A stretch of 39,879 nucleotides of DNA from a bacterium UBP3_UBA3054 (GCA_002366995.1 DFCM01000125.1:775-40653); one strand, 5' to 3'; shown: positions 7,926-19,739, counted from the stretch's first letter. The notes: generated by a model from the letters alone, not told the origin. Program-made: numbers and translations.

Positions 7926-8792
7926 TCAGATCAGGCTTTTCAGTTTTGCCAATATCAGATCGATATCTGATTGCGGAGTGGAAGCGCCGGCCGTGACGCC
8001 TATCCTGCGGTAAGGTGTGAGCTCTTTCGGCTCCCAGTTCGCGGGATCTGTAACGAAGAAAGTCGCTTTGCCGCTGCCTCTGCAGATCTCGGCGAGACGG
8101 TTGCTGTTCGCGCTGCCAATACCTCCTATGACGACCATGGCGTCGCAAGTCTCGCAAAGGGAAAGCGCTTCCTTCTGGCGCTTTTCGGTCGCCTGGCAGC
8201 GCGTGTTGCGGATCTTGGCGGAGGGGAATTTATTAAGGATCGCCTTCGTGACCGCTTCGAAAGTGGAACTGTCGAGCGTCGATTGGCAGACGACCGTGAA
8301 AGGCTTCGTAAAATTCAAAGAGGCGACTTCCGCTACGGTGCTGACGACCGTCCCTTCTTTGGCGAAACTCATGAGTCCCGTCACTTCCGCATGCCCCTTG
8401 TCGCCCAATATAACGACAGGCTCCCCTTCTTTAGCGGCGCGCTCTATGATCTTCCTTATGGCGATGACGTGAGGGCATGTGCCGTCGAGAATGTCGAGAG
8501 CGTGATCGTTCAAAAGGTCGTACTGCTCTTTGGGGACGCCGTGGGCCCTGACAAGAAGCTTCGCGTTTTTTGGAAGCTTCGCTATCTCTTCCTCGCCGAG
8601 CGAGGAACTGAGGACGCTCATGCCCTTTTTTCCCAGGGCTTCTATGACGGAAGGATTGTGGATCAAGGGGCCGAGCGAGCAGAGCGCTTTATTAGGCTCC
8701 TTTTCCAAAGAGTCGTTGGCAAGCTGCACCGCGCGTTTGACTCCCGCGCAGAAACCGGCTTCCTTGGCGACAATGATCTCGCGTTCCATCAT
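7926..8792 (-). CDS. ispH: 4-hydroxy-3-methylbut-2-enyl diphosphate reductase
   Basis: 288 aa. IIVAKEAGFCAGVKRAV, LGPLIHNPSV, TCPHV and VVIGGIGSANSNRL are the LytB/IspH signatures with the three Fe-S Cys contexts. Confidence 0.9.
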   Translation of the reverse strand: MMEREIIVAKEAGFCAGVKRAVQLANDSLEKEPNKALCSLGPLIHNPSVIEALGKKGMSVLSSSLGEEEIAKLPKNAKLLVRAHGVPKEQYDLLNDHALDILDGTCPHVIAIRKIIERAAKEGEPVVILGDKGHAEVTGLMSFAKEGTVVSTVAEVASLNFTKPFTVVCQSTLDSSTFEAVTKAILNKFPSAKIRNTRCQATEKRQKEALSLCETCDAMVVIGGIGSANSNRLAEICRGSGKATFFVTDPANWEPKELTPYRRIGVTAGASTPQSDIDLILAKLKSLI

Positions 8793-9448
8793 TCCTCCTC
8801 AACCTTTACCTGGATACGTTCGTAACGTCTCAAGGAAGACGTGATCTTCTCGACGTAAGTGGCGTATTCCTCTTCGCTGACGTTGCCGAGGCAGGGCGCG
8901 CAGCAACGCTCTATCTGGTAATAGAGGCAGGGCTTGCCCTTTTTCAGCTGATTGACTGTGCAACGCCTTAATTTGAAGCGGTCGCGGTAGCGCCGCAAAA
9001 GTTCGTCGGCGGAAACGCCCACTATGAAAGGGCCGAAGTAGCGGCTGCCTTTTTTCAAATGACGATGCGCCGGAATAAGCCTGGGGAAAGGCTCGAGGAC
9101 CGTCAGTTCCAGGGAAGGATAGCTCTTGTCGTCGCGCCCCATAACGTTGTAGCGCGGCAGATATTTCTTGATGAGTTCATCCTCAAGCAGAAAAGCCTTC
9201 GCTTCGTTTCCGGTGATCCTGAACTCGATCTTCCTCACCTTCTCGACAAGGAAAGGCACGCTCCTTCTTCCGTCCCCGCCGGGACGGAAATACTGCTGCA
9301 TCCTCAGCTTCAGGTTCACGGCCTTGCCGACGTAGATGACGGTCCCCTCCTCGTCGTACATGAGATAGACTCCGGTCGCTTTGGGAGCGTCTTTGTAACC
9401 CGGAGCGGTCTCCATTACGCTGATAGGCTCATCAGAGGAAACGGCCAT
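8789..9448 (-). CDS. UvrC N-terminal-half homolog (GIY-YIG nuclease plus Cys-rich region only; Cho-like mini-UvrC)
   Basis: 219 aa. GVYLMYDEEGTVIYVGKAVNLKLRMQQYF is the GIY-YIG motif, followed by LEDELIKKYLPRYN, YFGPF and RRCT...KPCLYYQIERCCAPCLGNVSEEEY (UvrC Cys cluster). The ORF ends about 24 aa later. A UVR domain, the C-terminal endonuclease domain and the HhH2 are absent. Its start abuts the ugd stop (9448/9449), and its stop overlaps the ispH start (ATGA at 8789..8792). Confidence 0.7.
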   Translation of the reverse strand: MAVSSDEPISVMETAPGYKDAPKATGVYLMYDEEGTVIYVGKAVNLKLRMQQYFRPGGDGRRSVPFLVEKVRKIEFRITGNEAKAFLLEDELIKKYLPRYNVMGRDDKSYPSLELTVLEPFPRLIPAHRHLKKGSRYFGPFIVGVSADELLRRYRDRFKLRRCTVNQLKKGKPCLYYQIERCCAPCLGNVSEEEYATYVEKITSSLRRYERIQVKVEEE

Positions 9449-10759
9449 TTACTTGACGGCGGGACGACCTATGCTGTAATAAGTGAAGCCCAGTTCCTTC
9501 ATTTCGGAGGGCGAATACTGGTTGCGGCCGTCGAAGATGACGGGCTGCTTCAGGAGCTCTTTGATGCGCGGGAAATCCGGAACTCTGAATTCGTTCCATT
9601 CGGTCAGGAGCATCAGGGCGTCGCAGTCTTTGAGCGTTTCGTACGCTTCCTCGCAATAAGTGATCGTGTCGCCGAAGACAGCCTTGGCGGTCTCTTTCGC
9701 CACCGGGTCGTAGCCCTTGACCTTCGCTCCGGCTTCCAGGAGCAGTTTTACGATGACCTGCGAAGGAGCGTCGCGCATATCGTCGGTCTGAGGTTTGAAA
9801 GCCAGCCCCCAGAGGCCGAAAGTCTTGCCCTTCAGGTCGCCCTGGAAATGTTCCTTGGCCAATTCGAAGAGCAGTTCTTTCTGCTTGGCGTTGACCTTTT
9901 CGATGGCGTCGATCATGATCGGCTCATAATCGTTCTCCCTGGCCGTGGCGGCCAGAGCCTTCACGTCTTTGGGGAAGCAGGAGCCGCCGTAGCCGATGCC
10001 GGAATAGAGGAAGCGGCGTCCGATGCGGGAGTCGAGGCCCATCGCGATCCTGACCTTCGTAACGTCCGCTCCGACTTTCGAGCAGATGTTTGCGATCTCG
10101 TTCATAAAGGAGATCCTGGCGGCCAGCATGCAGTTCGAGGCGTATTTGCACATCTCGGCGGACTTGTTGTCCATGACAAGGATGTCGGCGCCGGATTTGG
10201 TGAAGGGATCGTAGAGGATGCGCATAATTTCGGCGGCCTTCTCGCTGGTCGTTCCGATGACCACGCGCTCAGGTTTAAGAAAATCATCCAAAGCCGCGCC
10301 TTCTTTCAGGAACTCAGGGTTCGAGACAACGTCGAAAGGCTGCGTGGTGCCCTGGGAGAGCACTTCCTTGACCTTCGCGGCCGTGCCGACGGGGACCGTG
10401 CTCTTGTTGACGACGATCTTGTAGCCGTTGAAGTAGGGCGCGATCTCTTTCATGACCGCCCAGACGGCGGAAAGATCCGCTTTGCCGTCCTTCCCGGTCG
10501 GGGTTCCCACCGCGGAGAAGATCACGTCGGAATTCTCGATGGCATAGCGCATGTCGATCGTGGGAATGAGACGCTTGGCGGCCAGGTTGCGCTTGACCAT
10601 CTCCTCCAGGCCCGGCTCGAAAATGGGTATCTCGCCCCCTAGAAGTTTTTTGATCTTCGCCTCGATCTTGTCGACGGTAATGACAGTGTTGCCGCTGTCA
10701 GCGAAACAGGTGGCGGCCACAAGGCCGACGTATCCGGTACCAATCACTGCAACTTTCAT
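9449..10759 (-). CDS. ugd: UDP-glucose 6-dehydrogenase
   Basis: 436 aa. MKVAVIGTGYVGLV is the Rossmann motif and GGSCFPKDV holds the catalytic Cys. The overall UDPGDH layout and length fit. Confidence 0.9.
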   Translation of the reverse strand: MKVAVIGTGYVGLVAATCFADSGNTVITVDKIEAKIKKLLGGEIPIFEPGLEEMVKRNLAAKRLIPTIDMRYAIENSDVIFSAVGTPTGKDGKADLSAVWAVMKEIAPYFNGYKIVVNKSTVPVGTAAKVKEVLSQGTTQPFDVVSNPEFLKEGAALDDFLKPERVVIGTTSEKAAEIMRILYDPFTKSGADILVMDNKSAEMCKYASNCMLAARISFMNEIANICSKVGADVTKVRIAMGLDSRIGRRFLYSGIGYGGSCFPKDVKALAATARENDYEPIMIDAIEKVNAKQKELLFELAKEHFQGDLKGKTFGLWGLAFKPQTDDMRDAPSQVIVKLLLEAGAKVKGYDPVAKETAKAVFGDTITYCEEAYETLKDCDALMLLTEWNEFRVPDFPRIKELLKQPVIFDGRNQYSPSEMKELGFTYYSIGRPAVK

Positions 10760-10774
10760 TTTACGCTCCAGTAT

Positions 10775-11977
10775 TTATCGAATGACTTTCAAAAATTTTC
10801 TCTTGCCGACTTTCAGGATGAAGCTGTCGGCTTTCGGCATGGTAAGGTTGAAGCCCGTGACTTTCTCGCCGTCGCAGGTCACGCCGCCCTGCTGGATGAC
10901 TCTCCTGGCTTCGCTCTTCGTGGCGGCCAGTTTGTTCTCGACGAGAAGCTCGAGCAGATCAAGCTCGGGGACTCCGCCCTCTTTGAGTTTGTATTCCGGA
11001 ATGTCGTCCGGGATCTCTTTGTTGCTGAAAACATTTTCAAAATTGGCGATGGCCGCGTCCGCGGCTTCCTTGCCGTCGTAGATCTCGGTGATGGCGTGCG
11101 CCATGGCTTTTTTCACCGTCATCGGGTGGACGGTGCCGTCCTTGACGCCCTTTTTCCATTCCGCGATCTGCTCCATGGGGACGTCGGTCAGAAGCTCGAG
11201 GTACTTGAACATCAGTTCGTCGTTGACGGACATCAGTTTGCCGACTTTCTCGTTGGGAGGATCGGCGATGGCGACGTAGTTGCCGTAGGATTTCGACATC
11301 TTCCTTACGCCGTCAAGGCCTTCCAGCAAGGGCATGGTGAGGCAGACCTGAGGTTCCTGGCCCGCTTCCCTCTGCAGGTCGCGGCCGACCATAAGGTTGA
11401 AGGTCTGGTCATTGCCGCCCAGCTCCACGTCGGCTTTCAGGACGACCGAGTCATAGCCCTGCATGAGAGGATAGACAAATTCGTGCATGTGGATGGGAAG
11501 ATTGGCCTGGAAACGCTTCTGGAAATCGTCGCGCTCCAGAGTTCTCGCCAAAGTCGCCTGCGCCAAAAGCGCGATCACTTCCTTGAAAGTCATCTTCGAG
11601 AACCATTCCCCGTTGTAGCGGACGATAAGCTTGTCTCTGTCGAGGATGCGGGAAGCCTGCTCAAGGTAGTGCTCGGCGTTTTTAAGGACCTGCTCCTCCG
11701 TGATCTGCGGGCGCGTTTTGTCGCGGCCGGTCGGGTCTCCTACCTGCGCCGTGAACGAGCCGATCAGAAGCACGGCCTGGTGGCCGAGATCCTGGAACTG
11801 CCTGAGTTTTCTAAGGACCACGGTAAAGCCCAAGTGAAGGTCGGCGGCCGTCGGGTCGACGCCCAGCTTGACGATCAAGGGTTTTCCCTTGGCAAGTTTC
11901 GTTTTAAGTTCTTCCCTTTCCGTAATGGTCATGGCGCCTCTTTCCAGGACCGCCATCTGTTCCTCAACTGGTCTCAT
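10775..11977 (-). CDS. tyrS: Tyrosine--tRNA ligase
   Basis: 400 aa. It has a class I HIGH-region variant (DLHLGF), the KMSKS motif (RKMSKSYGN), and a C-terminal S4-like domain (ATKSEARRVIQQGGV). Confidence 0.9.
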   Translation of the reverse strand: MRPVEEQMAVLERGAMTITEREELKTKLAKGKPLIVKLGVDPTAADLHLGFTVVLRKLRQFQDLGHQAVLLIGSFTAQVGDPTGRDKTRPQITEEQVLKNAEHYLEQASRILDRDKLIVRYNGEWFSKMTFKEVIALLAQATLARTLERDDFQKRFQANLPIHMHEFVYPLMQGYDSVVLKADVELGGNDQTFNLMVGRDLQREAGQEPQVCLTMPLLEGLDGVRKMSKSYGNYVAIADPPNEKVGKLMSVNDELMFKYLELLTDVPMEQIAEWKKGVKDGTVHPMTVKKAMAHAITEIYDGKEAADAAIANFENVFSNKEIPDDIPEYKLKEGGVPELDLLELLVENKLAATKSEARRVIQQGGVTCDGEKVTGFNLTMPKADSFILKVGKRKFLKVIR

Positions 11978-12003
11978 GTTTATCCTCTATTTATTTTTAC
12001 GTG

Positions 12004-12012
12004 ATTTTATCA
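12004..12012 (-). promoter_or_regulatory. Candidate extended -10 promoter element (TGATAAAAT) for the tyrS-ugd-uvrC'-ispH unit
   Basis: The reverse complement of 12004..12012 is TGATAAAAT, 26 nt upstream of the tyrS ATG, with an AGAGGA Shine-Dalgarno in between. A second candidate, TGCCATAAT, is the reverse complement of 12023..12031. Confidence 0.4.
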
Positions 12013-12033
12013 GAAGCTTTGAATTATGGCAAT

Positions 12034-13668
12034 TTACTGGCCGTCCCTCACTCCGTGCAGAAGCATCTTCATCTGCGCCATCTTCTCCTCGCTGGCGGCC
12101 ATGATGAGAAGCTCGTCGCCTTCCTGGATGACCGTGGAGCCGTTCGGCGTGATGAAGTCGCTGCCTCTCTTTATGCCCATGACAAGGCAGGATTTGGGGA
12201 AGGACATGGAGAGAAGCGAACGGTTGATGCACTGGTCTCCCGGACATACGGTGAAACTGTCAAGGTTCGACTGGAAGGAATCGGAGACTTCCAATCCGAA
12301 ATCGCTGGTCTTGCTCTTGTCCTCGGGGATGGTGACGTCCAGAAGCTTTCCGGCCCAGACTAAGCTCGAGCCCTGGAAAAGCACCGAGGAGAAGGAAATG
12401 CAGCAGACCATGAAGAAGATCGCCCGCGCCATCGGGTCGTGAACGCCGAAAGCGACAAGAGGATACGTCGCGAAGACGATCGGCACGGCGCCCCTCAAGC
12501 CCACCCAGGAAACGAAGAGCTTGTCCTTTATGGGCATCTTGAAAAAGTGCAGGCACAGGAAAACGGAGATGGGGCGAGCCACGAACATCAGAAGCGCCGA
12601 GACCGCGAGTCCGAAGCCGATGTAAGGCTTGAAACGCTCGAAGGGCGCCGCCAGAAGTCCCAGCATAATGAACATCGTGATCTGCATGAGCCAGGCGAAG
12701 CCGTCGAAGAAACGCGACATGCTTCGCTTGTGAATGATGTTCGCGTTGCCCAGGACCATAGCGGAGATATAGACTGCCAGGAAGCAGTTGCCGCCAAGGT
12801 GCTCCGCCGCGGAGTAAACGATCAAGGTCATGCTGATGACCAAAACGGAATAGAGACCGTCCGCCTCCAGCCTGATGCGGCGCATGATGAAACTCATGCC
12901 GTGTCCCAGCGTATAGCCTACGAAGGCGCCGACGATCATGCCTTTCGCAAGCGTAATGAGCATATTGCCCGGCGCGCACTGCCCCATGCACAGGTCGATG
13001 CAGGTTACGGTCAAAAAGTATGCCATCGGATCGTTAGAGCCGCTCTCAAGCTCCAAGAGAGGCCTGAGGTCGTTCTTGAAGTCGAGGTTCTTGGTCCTGA
13101 AGATGCCGAAGACGCTCGCCGCGTCGGTAGAGGAAACGATGGATCCGAGAAGAAGAGCGTAAGGCCAGGTGAAGTTCTTCCAATGGAAAAGATAGGCCAG
13201 AAGCATTGTCAGCGAGCCCAGTATCCCCGCCGTGACGAGAACGCCGATCGTGGACAGAATGACCCCCTTGTAGAGGATCGGTTTTATCTTGTAGAACTTC
13301 GTCTCCAGGCCGCCGTAGAAGAGGATGAAGATAAGAGCGAAGTCGCCCAGGCCTCTCGCCACCGCGATGCTCGAGAAATCGAGTCCGTACTCCCCTGCCA
13401 GGAATCCCACAAAAAGGAAAAGCGCGAGGATCGGGATGCCGGTGCGGCTGATCGTTCGGCTGAAGATGATCGACAGGAAGAAAAGGATCGCGCCGATAAG
13501 AAGGAAGTTTTCCGTCGACAGCTTGATGAAGCCTTTGGCGGTCTCCGCGACAACGTTTGTGCTGCAAGGAATGGAAACGGAAACGGCAGCGTAAAGGTCG
13601 GTCAGAGACGGGATCGTCTCGGAGACCAGACTCTCAAAGCTTTGAGTTAACACCTGTTCCACTGCCAT
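12034..13668 (-). CDS. nhaP2: K+/H+ (monovalent cation:proton) antiporter, CPA1 NhaP2-type with C-terminal TrkA-C/RCK domain
   Basis: 544 aa. The polytopic N-terminal ~400 aa carry the Na_H_exchanger-like LESGSNDP motif. The soluble C-terminal domain (FTVCPGDQCINRSL...VMGIKRGSDFITPNGSTVIQEGDELLI) is typical of TrkA-C. Confidence 0.75.
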   Translation of the reverse strand: MAVEQVLTQSFESLVSETIPSLTDLYAAVSVSIPCSTNVVAETAKGFIKLSTENFLLIGAILFFLSIIFSRTISRTGIPILALFLFVGFLAGEYGLDFSSIAVARGLGDFALIFILFYGGLETKFYKIKPILYKGVILSTIGVLVTAGILGSLTMLLAYLFHWKNFTWPYALLLGSIVSSTDAASVFGIFRTKNLDFKNDLRPLLELESGSNDPMAYFLTVTCIDLCMGQCAPGNMLITLAKGMIVGAFVGYTLGHGMSFIMRRIRLEADGLYSVLVISMTLIVYSAAEHLGGNCFLAVYISAMVLGNANIIHKRSMSRFFDGFAWLMQITMFIMLGLLAAPFERFKPYIGFGLAVSALLMFVARPISVFLCLHFFKMPIKDKLFVSWVGLRGAVPIVFATYPLVAFGVHDPMARAIFFMVCCISFSSVLFQGSSLVWAGKLLDVTIPEDKSKTSDFGLEVSDSFQSNLDSFTVCPGDQCINRSLLSMSFPKSCLVMGIKRGSDFITPNGSTVIQEGDELLIMAASEEKMAQMKMLLHGVRDGQ

Positions 13669-13674
13669 AGAAGA

Positions 13675-14290
13675 TCAGAGCTTGTTCTTGGGCAGGACCG
13701 CCCTTAAGTGAAGATAGATGGCGTCCGCGGGAAGTTCTTCGCCGTTATCCAATTTTTCCATGGCCAGCGCCAAAAGAAATTTCGCGTCGAAATCCGTTTT
13801 TATGGGAACAAAATGTTTACCAGGGAAATCTGTTTCGCCGCACTCGCCGTAATAGCGCTCGCAGTCGGGGAACTTGAGCGAAAGCTCGTCTTTCTTGCAG
13901 AAGCCGGCTTCCTTTTTTCCGTCCGTACGGTACTCGTAATAAAAACCGCCGCCGGCCTTGGCGTCGAGAAGCAGCAGTTCGTTCCCGCTTTCCTTATGCC
14001 GCGGGAAGCAGTCGAAACGCGAAAGCCCGACAAGCTTCGAGCCCCAGCCGAGCGCGAGCCCCTGGGCCGCCGCGAGGCCGGTCCTGATGCCCGTAAAGGA
14101 GCCCGGCCCGCGATCCACCACGATAATCTCTGGAACGCGGCCGCGAATCATTTTCTCTATCGCGGGCATGATCTGGCTGGAAAGATCCCTGCCCATCGGA
14201 AAGATCTCCTGGAAAAACCCGACGTACTCGTCGAAGAACGACACCGAGGCTTCCTCATAAGAAGCGGTCTCAAGAGCGAGCATACTCACG

Positions 14291-14316
<26 letters not shown>
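13675..14316 (-). CDS. tsaB: tRNA t6A37 biosynthesis protein TsaB
   Basis: VVDRGPGSFTGIRTGLAAAQGLALG is the TsaB/YeaZ signature. The longest ORF overlaps the upstream gene by 26 nt. The internal Met at 14283 (MLALETAS..., the usual TsaB N-terminus) removes the overlap and is the more likely start. Confidence 0.8.
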
Positions 14317-16872
<2,556 letters not shown>

Positions 16873-16876
<4 letters not shown>

Positions 16877-17559
16877 TTGATGTCCGTAAATTTCCTAACG
16901 TTGGTGTCGGTGCCCACGACGACAAGAATGTCGTTCTCCTCCAGAGGCGAGTGCGGGTCGGGCGAGAGCATAAGGAAGCGCTCCTTCTCCTCGCGGTTGA
17001 CCGGAAGGCGTTTGATGCCTATGACGTTGACGCCGTAGCGGTCGCGGAGCCTCAGGTCGATCATGCTTTTTCCCACGAAGCTCTTCGGAAGGTCCACTTC
17101 CGCAATGCTAGCTCCCGAGGCGAAGGGAATCACTTCCCTAAGGTTCGGGGCGTAGATCATTCTGGCGACGCGGAGGCCCATTTCCTTTTCCGGATTGACC
17201 GCCTCGGTCGCGCCGACCTTCTTCAATATGTTGGCGTGCAGTTCGGAACTGGCTCTAGCCACGATGCGCTTCACGCCCAGCTGCTTCAGGAGCGCCGTCA
17301 CCATGATGCTGTTCTCGACGTGATGGTCGCCTATCGCGACGACCACGACTTCCATAGAGGTGATGTCGGCTTCCAGAAGCGCTGATTCATCCGTGCAGTC
17401 CATGCAGAGGGCGCCCGTGACGTTTTCTTCGTCCGCCACTTTCTGGACCACGTCCTTGTCGGAATCGATCGCCAGGACCGGAATGTTATGCGATTCCAGC
17501 CAGCGTACGACTTCCGTACCGAAACGGCCGAGGCCGATCACTGCGCATCTTTTGATCAT
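16873..17559 (-). CDS. ktrA: K+ uptake system peripheral subunit KtrA/TrkA (RCK N plus C domains)
   Basis: 228 aa. CAVIGLGRFGTEV is the Rossmann motif. The TrkA-N then TrkA-C organisation (SIAEVDLPKSFVGKSMIDLRLRDRYGVNVIGIKR) fits. Confidence 0.85.
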
Positions 17560-17571
17560 AAGTTTTCCTCC

Positions 17572-19644
17572 TTAACCCACCATCAAAGGTGTCTTGGGAT
17601 ATTCTATAGCCGAGCGTTTCCTGGTCGGCAGTAAAAGCAAAAGCGTAAGCGGCCCGATCCTTCCGATGAACATCATGGCGGTGATGATGAGCTTGCCCAT
17701 GACGGAAAGTTTTTCGGTTATGCCCATGGAGAGACCGGTCGTTCCGACGGCGGAGACGGTCTCGAAAAGGATCTCCTCGTAGCCTCCGTTCTCGAAGGTC
17801 AGAAGCAGAATGAAGCCAGTTAAAAACGAGACGTTGTAAAGCATGAAGACCGTGACGGCGCGCCAGACGGTGTTGGCGTTGAAGGAGTGGCGGCCTAACG
17901 TCACGTCGTCGCGGCCCCTAAGCACCGCGAAAAGCAGCGCCAAAAAGATCACCAAAGTCGTCAGCTTGACGCCGCCGGCCGTAGATCCCGGCGCGCCGCC
18001 TACGAACATGAGGATCATGGTCAAAAAGCGGCCGGCGCGGCTCATGTCATTAAGGTCGAAAGTCGAGAAGCCCGCCGTCCTTGCCGTGACGGAGCAGAAG
18101 AGCGCGTTGCAGATCTTCTCCGGCCAGTCGAAATTGGAAAGTCCGCGGGAATGATCCCAAATAAGGAATCCGATCATGCCGCCGAAGACCAGAATGAGCG
18201 TGCCAACTATGACGACGCTGACGTAGAAGTTGGAATGCGGCTTTTTGAAGCGCACGAAATCGCTGATCCAGGAGAGCACGCCGAAGCCCAGGCCGCCGGC
18301 CACGATGAGCGCCGTGAAGGTCAGAAGGATCCAGGGATGATGCTGGAACATCATAAGGCTGTCGGTCTGCAAAGAGAGTCCGCCGTTGCAGAAAGCCGAG
18401 ACAGCGTGGAAGACGCTCTTCCAGAGCGCCACTCTCCATTCCAGACCCATGTGCAGCATCTGCGGGAAAAGGAAAGCAATGCCCACCGCCTCTATGATGA
18501 AGGTCGCTGAGCAGATGAAGATCGTCAGAGGCAGAACGTTCGACTGGCGCTTTTCGCCCAGCATATCCCTGACGAAATATTCCTGCCTCAAGCCTATCGC
18601 CCTGCCAAGTACGAGCGCGCTGAAAGTTGACAAAGTCATGATGCCCAAGCCGCCGACCTGGATAAGGCCCAGGATGACGACCTGACCGCTGAAAGAGAAG
18701 ACCTTCGAGATGTCGACCGTCGCGAGGCCCGTGACGCAGGTGGCGGAAGCCGACATGAAGAGCGCGTCCACCAATCCGATGTCGCAGCCCTTGTTAAGGA
18801 CCCAGGGCAGGGCGAGGAGATACGTTCCCGTAAGGATGACGCCAAGGAAGCTCACGACCAGAAGGAGCGCCGGGTGCTGGAAGAAATAATTGCTGAAGCG
18901 GTCGAAAGCGGCGGAGCGGGCGAAGTAATGGATGAGGACAAGGATCAAAACCGCCATCACGCCAAGAAGGCCCAGCGACCATTCGCCGAAACAGAAAGCC
19001 GCGATCGTAAGAACAAAAGCCGTCAGGATGAAGAAGCAGAATTTCCCCTTGCTGCGCTTGTAAAGGTAAATTTCGCTGCGGAAGCTGCCGTACAAAGCCC
19101 AGAGCCCCAAAATGGAGCTTGTGACAAAAGCCGCGCATCCCATGACGTCCGAGCGGTAAAGCAGCAGGGCGAGCGTAAAGAGCGCCAGCCAGTTCAAGGG
19201 CATGAAGAGCATCGTCCTGGGTCCGAAGACGGGCTTCAGCCAGCGCTTCTCGTTCAAGACGGCCGCTTCCGCGTCAACGTTGGCGCGGTAGAAGTTGAAA
19301 GCCACCCTGAAGGCCAAAAATCCGCAATAGATGGCGGGCGCCAGGCCCAGGAGCCAGCTGCGCCAGTCATTTGTCCAGCAGAAGAAGAGCGGGCTGAAAG
19401 CGAAAGCCAGCAGCCCTCCCAAAAGCAGGGCGCTAAGCGGCCTTTTCCCGGAAAGGAAGAAGGCGCCGGCCAAAAGCAGGACGTTCCCCGCCAATATGGA
19501 AAGGAACAAGGGATCTGTCAGCCTGTTCGTTCCGAAAGCGAAGGATACGAGGAAGACGTTGGCAAAAATCTCCGCCAAAAGCAAAAGCAGGGCGTTCCTG
19601 GTCTCCCTCTGTACCAAGACTTCTTTTACACGGAATATTAGCAT
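17572..19644 (-). CDS. ktrB: K+ transporter KtrB/TrkH family with ~255-aa N-terminal polytopic extension
   Basis: 690 aa. All four selectivity-filter P-loops are present in order: SATCVTGLATVD, AFCNGGLSLQ, TARTAGFSTFD and AVGTTGLSMG. The canonical KtrB core starts near HPALLLVVSFLGVILTG (~residue 257). The preceding region is about 7 predicted hydrophobic helices. Confidence 0.8.
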   Translation of the reverse strand: MLIFRVKEVLVQRETRNALLLLLAEIFANVFLVSFAFGTNRLTDPLFLSILAGNVLLLAGAFFLSGKRPLSALLLGGLLAFAFSPLFFCWTNDWRSWLLGLAPAIYCGFLAFRVAFNFYRANVDAEAAVLNEKRWLKPVFGPRTMLFMPLNWLALFTLALLLYRSDVMGCAAFVTSSILGLWALYGSFRSEIYLYKRSKGKFCFFILTAFVLTIAAFCFGEWSLGLLGVMAVLILVLIHYFARSAAFDRFSNYFFQHPALLLVVSFLGVILTGTYLLALPWVLNKGCDIGLVDALFMSASATCVTGLATVDISKVFSFSGQVVILGLIQVGGLGIMTLSTFSALVLGRAIGLRQEYFVRDMLGEKRQSNVLPLTIFICSATFIIEAVGIAFLFPQMLHMGLEWRVALWKSVFHAVSAFCNGGLSLQTDSLMMFQHHPWILLTFTALIVAGGLGFGVLSWISDFVRFKKPHSNFYVSVVIVGTLILVFGGMIGFLIWDHSRGLSNFDWPEKICNALFCSVTARTAGFSTFDLNDMSRAGRFLTMILMFVGGAPGSTAGGVKLTTLVIFLALLFAVLRGRDDVTLGRHSFNANTVWRAVTVFMLYNVSFLTGFILLLTFENGGYEEILFETVSAVGTTGLSMGITEKLSVMGKLIITAMMFIGRIGPLTLLLLLPTRKRSAIEYPKTPLMVG

Positions 19645-19652
19645 ATTTATAT

Positions 19653-19661
19653 ATTATACCA
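19653..19661 (-). promoter_or_regulatory. Candidate extended -10 promoter (TGGTATAAT) placed 8 nt from the ktrB ATG, predicting a leaderless mRNA
   Basis: The reverse complement of 19653..19661 is TGGTATAAT. Only ATATAAAT separates it from the ATG at 19644, and there is no Shine-Dalgarno. Confidence 0.45.
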
Positions 19662-19680
19662 TTCCAGCCCTTTTTTGGGG

Positions 19681-19717
19681 CAAAAAAGAAAAGCGGGAGA
19701 AACCTCTCCCGCTTTTT
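19681..19717 (-). terminator. Rho-independent terminator (bidirectional-looking) after the esterase gene
   Basis: A 9-bp GC-rich stem, AGCGGGAGA (19692..19700) pairing with TCTCCCGCT (19705..19713), closes a 4-nt loop. U-tracts flank it on both strands (TTTTCTTTTTTG on the minus strand). It lies 26 nt past the stop at 19740. Confidence 0.6.
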
Positions 19718-19739
19718 GGACCCTTGACTATTGTGGTTA

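Noticed and set aside
11978-12033. A possible T-box or other leader RNA upstream of tyrS.
   Set aside because: The whole spacer is 56 nt and is taken up by promoter-like elements and a Shine-Dalgarno. A T-box needs about 200 nt or more of structured leader.
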